Source: an uncultured Desulfobacterales bacterium (GTDB lineage Bacteria; Desulfobacterota; DSM-4660; Desulfatiglandales; HGW-15). From it: a stretch of 52,910 nt of DNA. The DNA lies in the NCBI GenBank assembly GCA_964512335.1, contig CAZEIA010000003.1:1-52910 (forward strand), given 5' to 3'. Made by a program: the position numbers and the translations under genes. The notes beneath the pieces are model-generated. The model did no database searches and had not been told where the DNA came from. It worked only from the letters and a program-made list of their open reading frames with translations. Position 1 is the stretch's first letter, and each line of letters opens with the position of its first letter. Shown one piece after another: positions 46,393 to 52,910 of the stretch.

Positions 46393-47695
46393 ATGAGCCT
46401 GACGGTACATCAGTGGATTGAACAGGGCAAAGATCTTCCTGTTTTATCTGGATCAATTAGCAAAATAATGAATCTCACCCAGAAGGACGAATCCAACGCT
46501 CAGCAGATAGCTGAAGTCATTAAAATGGACGTGGGGCTCTAAAGAAAATACTGAGGATGCATTTACATGCGGTCTTCTGCACGATATCGGATTAATTGCT
46601 TTATATACATATGACAATGGTAAAGCCGCAGAGATTCTTTATCAAGCAGAAAATAAAGGACGATTATCTCTTGATGAAGAAAAGCAGCTGGCTGGAATTG
46701 ATCATACTGAATTAGGCAGACTACTTGCAGAAAAATGGATGCTTCCAGATGCCGTTAAATATTCAATCTCACACCACCATGACGAGCCAGGTGAGAACAC
46801 AACTCTTTCTGCCAATAGACATCTTGCATATAGTATTTATTTAGGATCACTTGTTGGGGATATTTTCTATTTTGGCAACAAAGATAATAGTATTAGAAAA
46901 TTTATGGAAAGCTGCCATATTTTGTTAGGAATAAACAATGAAGATTCTGATCAATTTTTACATAATATTCATCCTCAGCTGTTAGAGATTGCATCGCATT
47001 TCGATATTGCCATTGGAAGTGGTAATACTTATGAGGAAATAATATGCAAATTGAATGAGGAAATTGCAGCAATTACTATTACAAATGAGGCAGTAAAAAG
47101 CCACCTTACGAGGGCATTCCAGCGGGAACGAGAACTCGCTGCAAAACTGGATGATGCTAATCGAAAGTTACAAGTCTTGGCCAGCAAAGATAGTTTGACC
47201 GGATTATATAACCGTCAGTTTCTCAATAAAATATTAGAAAAGGAATGGCAACAGTGTGTCAGTAATAACAATCCTCTATCAGTAATCATGATTGATATAG
47301 ATGACTTTAAACAAGTTAATGATAACTATGGTCATAAAGCAGGAGATGTCGTATTAATGAAGTTGACTAATACTTTGAGTAAAAATATTAGGAAAACTGA
47401 TTTTCTGGCAAGATATGGAGGAGAAGAATTTGCTCTGGTTATGCCTCAAACTACTTTGGAGAATGCATGTAAGTTAGCCGGTTTACTCATAGAGGTCGTT
47501 CGAAATCTTGAAATTCCATTTGTTGACAAACAATTGGGCTTAACGATAAGTTGTGGAATTTCTACTACCTCAAAGACTTTCGATGATACTCCCGAAGATT
47601 TGATTCAAAGAGCAGATGAGGCGTTATACGCCGCGAAAAAATCTGGGAAAAACCGGATTGCTGTCAAAGCTCAGGTAGCACGGGATCGTGGATAG
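46393..47695 (+). pseudogene. HDOD-GGDEF diguanylate cyclase gene with an internal deletion/frameshift in the HDOD domain
   Basis: ATG 46393 opens an HDOD-like N-terminus (LPVLSGSISKIMNLTQKDESNAQQIAEVIKMD) that stops at 46540. A second frame, open from 46511, continues with the end of HDOD (CGLLHDIGLIALY...HTELGRLLAEKWMLP), a coiled coil and an intact GGDEF domain (RYGGEEF, I-site RKTD). About 80 aa of HDOD are missing. Confidence 0.7.
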
Positions 47696-47798
47696 GTTAG
47701 GATGTCTTGGAATCGAATCAGTTTGCTCACGATCTCAATCGGAGTTCCGGCCCAGGAGGCATAATATATGGAGGTCATGTCATCCAAGATCGCGAGGG

Positions 47799-49406
47799 TT
47801 AGTATTGAGTGGCTGTGCGACCAATTGATATGTCGGCAGGAAGTCTTACAAGAAACGTGCTCCCCCCGGAGGAAAGACAATCAGATGCTGTCTTCATGAA
47901 TGGACAGGCAGAAATTCTTCCCGGGCATTCGTCTGTGTCGTCGGGTATGAATGGGCAGCGGTTGCTTTTGAATGATATTGAAAAGCCATAACGTTGCGAA
48001 AAAACTTTGGTTCGAAGCAGATCTGAACCGGTACCCCCAGCATTGAACTGGTAGGGCCTTTTAGACGCATAGTTCATTGTGTCCTGGGTGTGAAAGAACC
48101 CGTGGAAAACCAACTTCTGGTTTTGCGGGCTGATTCCAACACCGTAATCGCGAAAACCGACACAGATTTCGCTGTCCAAGCTCGTGAGGCTCACTTCGAT
48201 CTTTCCTTCATCCGGGGTGTTTTCCACGGCATTCTTCAAGAGGCCTGCAAATACCTTCCTGAGCAGCGTCTTGTCTGCGTTCACCACATGTCCCTTTTCA
48301 AAAGCCCTGATGATCTCCAATTCCCTTTCCTGCATGGACGATATGGCCTCATTGTAGATGTCGTCCAATAGGTAGAAAAGGTCTATCGCTTCCGGGTGGA
48401 GCGGTTCAAGGTGATAAATGGATTCAATGCGATTCTGGACCAAGGCCAAGGCTTCGGCATGTAAAGAGCTGCAATTCTCGCTGCATTCTTCCACCAGATC
48501 AGCGGCGGACGCTACAATCTGATGGATTCTGTCTTTATCCTGAAAAACCGTGAGGCTGAGGATATCGTCAATCTTGTCCTGAAGATCAACCAACCTCTTC
48601 AAATTGCGCATCCCCCGTTGGAGTACTTTTTCTCTTTGGGGTTTGTCCCGCTCACTAAGGTCTTGCATGAGACTGCTGAATACGGTTGAAATAATCGCCA
48701 GAGGTGTTTTCAGTTCATGCGCCAAGTGATTGATCGCCCTTTCCATAGCCTTATTGAGGCCAGTGAGTTCCTCAAAAAACTTCATGTTTTCCAAGGCGAT
48801 GGTCACGTAGTGGGAAACAAAGGCCAGGAGTTCCAAGTCGTCTTCGGTGAAATCACCCGAACGCTTGTTGAGACACTGAAGGGATCCTATGCAGTGGCCT
48901 GCCCAACTGATAAGTGGAACGCACATGATATTCCGGGTCCTGAACCCCGATTTCTTGTCCACTTCGGAATAGAAACGGGGATCGCTGTATGCGTCATTAA
49001 CCGTGACCGGCGCCCGGTGTTGAAAGACCCAGCCGGCTACACCGTAATCAGCGGGGATGCGGATTTCTCTTTTCTTCAGTCCGACTCCTACAAGCGACCA
49101 GAGTTGGTCTGACTTATCATCGTGCAGAAAGACCGTGCTCCTCGCGGACTCCATCACATCATTGGTCTGATGGATAACTACTTCAAAGAGGCGGTCTCTA
49201 TCCACTTCCGATGTGATAAGCTGTCCCACATGAAAGGCCATTCTATATCTGCGGAGCCGCTCCCGCATAATTCGAGTTTCTTCATTAGGGGCTCTGGGAA
49301 TGTCTTTCAAACTGGTGTCATCGGTATGTGGCATTTCGACCTCCAGGTTGTTTCCCAGGTCATAGAAAGCCGTCTCTTGGTGACTGGGAACAGCCTTTTG
49401 GGACAT
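47799..49406 (-). CDS. GAF-domain sensor histidine kinase
   Basis: GAF region, H-box HELKTPLAII, N-box LLKNAVENTP, G1 FRDYGVGIS and G2 GGTGSDL. A four-cysteine insertion lies in the C-terminal part of the ATPase domain. Confidence 0.85.
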   Translation of the reverse strand: MSQKAVPSHQETAFYDLGNNLEVEMPHTDDTSLKDIPRAPNEETRIMRERLRRYRMAFHVGQLITSEVDRDRLFEVVIHQTNDVMESARSTVFLHDDKSDQLWSLVGVGLKKREIRIPADYGVAGWVFQHRAPVTVNDAYSDPRFYSEVDKKSGFRTRNIMCVPLISWAGHCIGSLQCLNKRSGDFTEDDLELLAFVSHYVTIALENMKFFEELTGLNKAMERAINHLAHELKTPLAIISTVFSSLMQDLSERDKPQREKVLQRGMRNLKRLVDLQDKIDDILSLTVFQDKDRIHQIVASAADLVEECSENCSSLHAEALALVQNRIESIYHLEPLHPEAIDLFYLLDDIYNEAISSMQERELEIIRAFEKGHVVNADKTLLRKVFAGLLKNAVENTPDEGKIEVSLTSLDSEICVGFRDYGVGISPQNQKLVFHGFFHTQDTMNYASKRPYQFNAGGTGSDLLRTKVFSQRYGFSISFKSNRCPFIPDDTDECPGRISACPFMKTASDCLSSGGSTFLVRLPADISIGRTATQY

Positions 49407-49550
49407 ACAGGAAAGGAAGCTGCTTTTCGAGAGGCATGATAGCCGGAATTGCTTTTAGTTTTCAACTACAAAAGCAGAACACTACAAAAGCAGAACCACG
49501 AGTGGTGGCAGGAAAAAGCCCTGGCCGAAGCCGCGGCCTTGCTGGTGCTC

Positions 49551-49577
49551 AAAAAAAAGCCCCGTCGATCTGGGGGG
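49551..49577 (-). terminator. candidate rho-independent terminator after the FmdE-domain gene
   Basis: The minus strand reads CCCC(A)-gatcga-(C)GGGG C followed by TTTTTTTT (A8 on the plus strand at 49551-49558). It lies about 165 nt downstream of the stop at 49740. Confidence 0.45.
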
Positions 49578-49739
49578 ACGAGGACGAAGACACACCCCGG
49601 AAGAACGGCAAGTAGTGCTCGAGCTGATTGACGAGGCCGTTGCACCCGGAGCCCGACTTTGAACCATATGAATTTCACGGGCAAGGGAAACGACCTTCCC
49701 GCATGAACGGCTGCAGCAGAATGAGGTGGTCTTCTCCGT

Positions 49740-50774
49740 CTATTTCGCCATCCCGATCACCGCATAGGGGTCCTCCCCGGCCTGCTTCATGCGCTTCAGG
49801 GCCGATGCATTTACATCCGCGTCCATGAACAGGCTGACGAAGCGCTCCGGCTCATCCAGATAGGGAATCAAGGCCCAGGCGCTGCGAACCCTGGCAGTGA
49901 AGAACGCCGGATTGGACTTGCCGCCCTTGGGGTTGAATTCCTCGGGCGTAAGGCCCGCCAGCTTGTACGCCTCGTTCCAGTCGAACTGTAGCACAGCGGC
50001 CTTTCCGGTCTTGGTCTTGGGATTCCAGCGCACCATGATCCCTGCATAGCGCCCGGCCGGTCCTTCTGTGGCCCGGCCTTCGGCCATGTTCTTGACGAAC
50101 AGGCTCTGCTTGCCGGGTGAGAGATCCAGCATCATTGAGATAGCATCGTCCTTGCACCAAGGCGGGCACGCGAACCAGAAGTACTGCTCTCCGGCCACCT
50201 TGGGGTACTTGTTCAGGACGAAGTGGGCGATGAAGTATCCCGAGGTCACGCCCGGGCAGTAGTGGTTGTGGTGCTCACAGCACTTGAGGAAATCGTAGGG
50301 CGCACCCTTGGCGTGAGCGGTCAACAGGGTGACCACGGAAAAGGCGTCCCCTTTCAGCTTCTTCTGGATCTCGCCGAAGACCACGGGGTCAGCGGCCGAG
50401 TCCCCCTTCATGTTGAATCGAAGGGTCTCTGAGAAATCGCCGTCGTAGCGGATCACCACGGTCTCGCCGTTGTCCTCCCTATGAAGGACTACCAGGAGGG
50501 GATGGTTTACGGGCCGCTGAAAGAAAAGGAGGTTCTTCCGGCCCACCGAGCAGCCGGTCAGATCCTGAAGGGTGTCCACGACCTCCGGGCAGCTCTTGCC
50601 GTTCAGGGCGACGTAAGGAGCGTTTGTCAGGGCGCAGAGCTGAGGGGAGCCCTTCTCGACGTCGAGGTCCTTCATGGCCTGTTGGATCCGAGGAATCATG
50701 GCGTCCGAGGCGAATGCCACCGAAGCCAGGGTCATAACACATGCAAAAACAGCAAACATTTTGATTTTTGTCAT
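49740..50774 (-). CDS. secreted FmdE-domain protein
   Basis: Sec signal peptide MTKIKMFAVFACVMTLASVAFA/SD. FmdE-like metal motif CCEHHNHYCPGVTSGY plus CPPWC. GGAGGAG SD upstream. Confidence 0.6.
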   Translation of the reverse strand: MTKIKMFAVFACVMTLASVAFASDAMIPRIQQAMKDLDVEKGSPQLCALTNAPYVALNGKSCPEVVDTLQDLTGCSVGRKNLLFFQRPVNHPLLVVLHREDNGETVVIRYDGDFSETLRFNMKGDSAADPVVFGEIQKKLKGDAFSVVTLLTAHAKGAPYDFLKCCEHHNHYCPGVTSGYFIAHFVLNKYPKVAGEQYFWFACPPWCKDDAISMMLDLSPGKQSLFVKNMAEGRATEGPAGRYAGIMVRWNPKTKTGKAAVLQFDWNEAYKLAGLTPEEFNPKGGKSNPAFFTARVRSAWALIPYLDEPERFVSLFMDADVNASALKRMKQAGEDPYAVIGMAK

Positions 50775-50811
50775 TTTTTTCTCCTCCTCTGTTTTTTAAA
50801 TCGGCATTAAC

Positions 50812-50861
50812 AAAAAAAGCCACGAGCGTATCCTTCCTTCTGGAAGAGACGCCTTCGTGGC
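50812..50861 (-). terminator. intrinsic-terminator-like hairpin inside the 5' leader of the FmdE-domain gene (attenuator or riboswitch expression platform?)
   Basis: The minus strand reads GCCACGAAGGCGTCTCTTCCAGAAGGAAGGATACGCTCGTGGC followed by TTTTTTT. It has a 7-bp basal stem GCCACGA/TCGTGGC plus the inner stem CTTCC/GGAAG. The U-run ends 38 nt before the start codon. Confidence 0.55.
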
Positions 50862-51371
50862 TACGTTCTAACAATTTGGATGTGCTGACTTCTTTACGCC
50901 GGGCTTCTTGCCCTACCCCTTTTTCACTCGGGGTTTTCTCACGACAACGGATCCTTGTCAAGAAATTTACAGGTGAGAAATTGGTTCTTGTGAGTCAAGG
51001 ATTGATCCGGAACACCTGACTTCATGCCCCTCGCCTCGATTACACATGATACGATAAGAAGGGCTTCTGCTCCTCAGCTCTGAAAATTCGAGCGGAAGGC
51101 CCTTCCATCCCTTCCCGATTCCCCTTGATCCGGCAACATTGTCGATCCGCCGCGGTGCATCGAAGTGGTTGATACTTATCCAGGTAGATCTTGGTGTCGG
51201 AAAAGCACCCCACAAAATCAGTTTCCTCACGGTCGGAATCGATCTTCCGCCGCTGTAAGCCTGCCTGCATTGACAATCCGCAGGCAAAATTCTATGATTC
51301 ATGCCACTACCAATACCCTTTTCTTAGAAAACGTTTGGATTCTGCTCATATGCCCCTCGGAGGACCCTTCG

Positions 51372-52910
51372 ATGAATCGGAAAGGTATGCTGCCGTTTTC
51401 CTTTTGTCTGCTGTTGATCAGTCTCCTCCTCGCAACCGCTCCTTCAGCATGGTCTGACGAAGTAAAGCTTTCTGGAAATATGCCTGATGTTTTGAAGGAC
51501 GTGAAAATCCAGGACGCCTATAAGCCAGCCCGCGGGTTTACCCGGGCCGGATTGGTACATGCCCTCCAGGGAACAGTGGTAGTGGTGCACCGAGCCGATG
51601 GGACAGCCTTTGTCGCTTCCAAGGGGGACCCCATCCACGAAAACGATGAACTCTTCACTTTAGCTGATGCAAGGTGCCGCCTCCGGTTTTTGAGCGAAGA
51701 CGTGGTGAACATTTCCCCGAACACGCACTTCTCCGTGGACACGTTTCTGGATAGTCCGGGAAGAGGAGAAAAGACCTCCCGTTTCAGCCTGCTCAAGGGC
51801 AAAGCCGTATTTTACGCCCTCCGGCTTTTCCGTTACAAGGAAACGCGCTTCAACGTAAAAACGCCTACCGCCGTTGTGGGTGTGCGCGGAACTCGTTTCG
51901 GCGTGCACGTGTTTGAGCTCCGAGCAGACCGGGCTCAGTGGTCCAGAGTGCGAATTGCGGAAAGCGGAAGCGGGATGGTCGCACACCTCGCCGAAACCGG
52001 GTCAGAGAGCAGTCCCAGGACTGGAACCATAGTGGCCTGTGGTGATGGTAAACTGGACGTGATTGATCCCAACACCGGCCAACGACTCGCCCGAGTGAAC
52101 CCGAATGAGGTCTTCAACACTGACTCCGGGCAGAAAACGTTCGATCCTCAGAATCGAACGCTCAACCAGATCGCCGCGGAATCCGAGGTGCAGGAAGTAG
52201 ACGGCGAAGAGGGGGCCTCCGTGGGGAAAGAAGAAACCGAAATGGAGGATACCGAGGGCAAGGAAGGAGATGTGTTGTATCCGTTGGGGGCTTCAGAAGG
52301 AGCGTCTCCTGAAGCCTCGGCTCATGTGCTTGAGGGAATCATCGACACCACGAGTCTTGAAGTACAAGAGGAAGTGACAGAAGGTAGGGAGGATGTCATT
52401 TCGCAGGGAAAGACCTCTGGTCGGGCCTTCGCATATAGCTTTATCATAACAGACGATACATATGGTCAAGCCTGGTTTTCTTCCGGACCTCCCCGAAAGA
52501 GCCCCTTGTATGAATCTGACCAAGCGGAAATAGGTGGCCTTTATTTTCGAACCGGCGGACCGGAGGCGCTCTCGGGCTTTGAGGCGTTCAACGGCAACGA
52601 TTCCGGCCCAAACTATCAGGTTATTTTTCAGGAACAGAATGCTCCTTTGACCGAGGCCATCGTGAATCAGTTCGACTGGGGCACAGGAGGAGACATTTCA
52701 TTGCCTTCTCCTCATACCTTTCAGTATATCAAGATGGATTCCTACAAAGATGAAAGCGGCCACGAATACCTGGAGTGGGGGTATTGGCAAGACACCTCTG
52801 GATCTGAAACAGGAAAAATAGCTTATGATGGAGTCAATGGCTACTTCGCAGCAACCGGTAAGATCTGGCATGTCGAGGGAGACATCACACACCCTGATTA
52901 CATTGACTAC
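51372..52910 (+). CDS. large secreted FecR-domain protein, 5' part (513 codons, runs off the window)
   Basis: Not in the ORF track because it has no stop in the window. I translated 51372-52910 by hand and found no stop. GGAGGA SD 7 nt upstream; signal peptide MNRKGMLPFSFCLLLISLLLATAPSAWS. FecR-type beta region: FSLLKGKAVFYA...FNVKTPTAVVGVRGTRFGV. Confidence 0.75.
   Translation, partial: MNRKGMLPFSFCLLLISLLLATAPSAWSDEVKLSGNMPDVLKDVKIQDAYKPARGFTRAGLVHALQGTVVVVHRADGTAFVASKGDPIHENDELFTLADARCRLRFLSEDVVNISPNTHFSVDTFLDSPGRGEKTSRFSLLKGKAVFYALRLFRYKETRFNVKTPTAVVGVRGTRFGVHVFELRADRAQWSRVRIAESGSGMVAHLAETGSESSPRTGTIVACGDGKLDVIDPNTGQRLARVNPNEVFNTDSGQKTFDPQNRTLNQIAAESEVQEVDGEEGASVGKEETEMEDTEGKEGDVLYPLGASEGASPEASAHVLEGIIDTTSLEVQEEVTEGREDVISQGKTSGRAFAYSFIITDDTYGQAWFSSGPPRKSPLYESDQAEIGGLYFRTGGPEALSGFEAFNGNDSGPNYQVIFQEQNAPLTEAIVNQFDWGTGGDISLPSPHTFQYIKMDSYKDESGHEYLEWGYWQDTSGSETGKIAYDGVNGYFAATGKIWHVEGDITHPDYIDY

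Noticed and set aside
46739-47695. Treating the 318-aa ORF as an intact GGDEF gene starting at ATG 46739
   Set aside because: The same frame is open back to 46511 and encodes the C-terminal part of an HDOD domain, whose N-terminal part lies in another frame from 46393. The ORF is the downstream piece of a disrupted gene, although expression of the fragment cannot be excluded.
50862-51130. Cobalamin or Moco riboswitch in the FmdE-gene leader
   Set aside because: I looked for the B12 box and the conserved Moco junction (CCUCCGAG...AAAGG). I found only partial resemblances: CCCCGAG...AAAAAGGGG near 50925-50950, and AGTCAGGTGTTCCGG near 51008-51024 on the minus strand. That is not enough to name a class without a covariance-model scan.
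50479-51302. Minus-strand ORFs of 160 aa (50479-50961) and 111 aa (50967-51302) in and near the FmdE leader
   Set aside because: The first overlaps the FmdE-domain gene out of frame and spans the terminator hairpin. Both translations are Arg/Gly/Ser/Pro-rich and have no SD or motifs.
1-52910. Search for CRISPR arrays, rRNA genes, additional tRNAs, intact mobile elements, toxin-antitoxin pairs or known defence-system gene sets
   Set aside because: By eye I found no regularly spaced direct repeats and no rRNA-like or further tRNA-like sequence in the intergenic regions. No integrase or recombinase, intact transposase, reverse transcriptase or nuclease/ATPase defence-type gene pairs were seen. 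The only mobile DNA is the IS66 remnant.

Overview
A 52.9-kb chromosomal segment from a moderately GC-rich bacterium (sampled lines are about 55-65 % G+C). The gene content suggests an anaerobic delta-proteobacterial/Desulfobacterota-type organism, but that is inference only: PPi-dependent phosphofructokinase, a 2-hydroxyacyl-CoA-dehydratase-family protein, several radical SAM enzymes and an FmdE-domain protein. I can support about 50 protein genes, one partial tRNA, one IS remnant, two broken genes and a few regulatory hairpins and promoters. No rRNA genes and no CRISPR array are visible. Gene order: partial tRNA-Val; lon-clpX-clpP-tig (minus strand); small genes; TolQ/TolR-like pair-FtsB-TPR; MetE/UROD-like protein; AI-2E transporter; response regulator; radical SAM-phosphoesterase-HgdB-like operon; BI-1; GT9-GT2-PPi-PFK operon; cNMP-binding protein; acyl-CoA ligase; TRAP transporter; PNPOx-like protein. 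Next is a compact ACP / ketosynthase / ketoreductase / B12-radical-SAM lipid-type cluster (26.8-33.7 kb). It is followed by a roughly 450-bp AT-rich non-coding island, then an 11-gene dipeptidase/racemase/peptide-ABC/D-Cys-desulfhydrase operon (34.3-45.5 kb). After that come an IS66 remnant, a low-GC island carrying a broken HDOD-GGDEF gene, a GAF histidine kinase, a secreted FmdE-domain protein with a terminator-containing leader, and the 5' part of a large FecR-domain protein that runs off the window. The best candidate for an undescribed system is the orphan fatty-acid/polyketide-like cluster. It has two KS/CLF pairs (one fused, one split), its own ACP and ketoreductase, and a B12-binding radical SAM gene interrupted by a -1 frameshift in a T9 run. 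All functional calls rest on motifs read by eye from the translations; no database search was possible.
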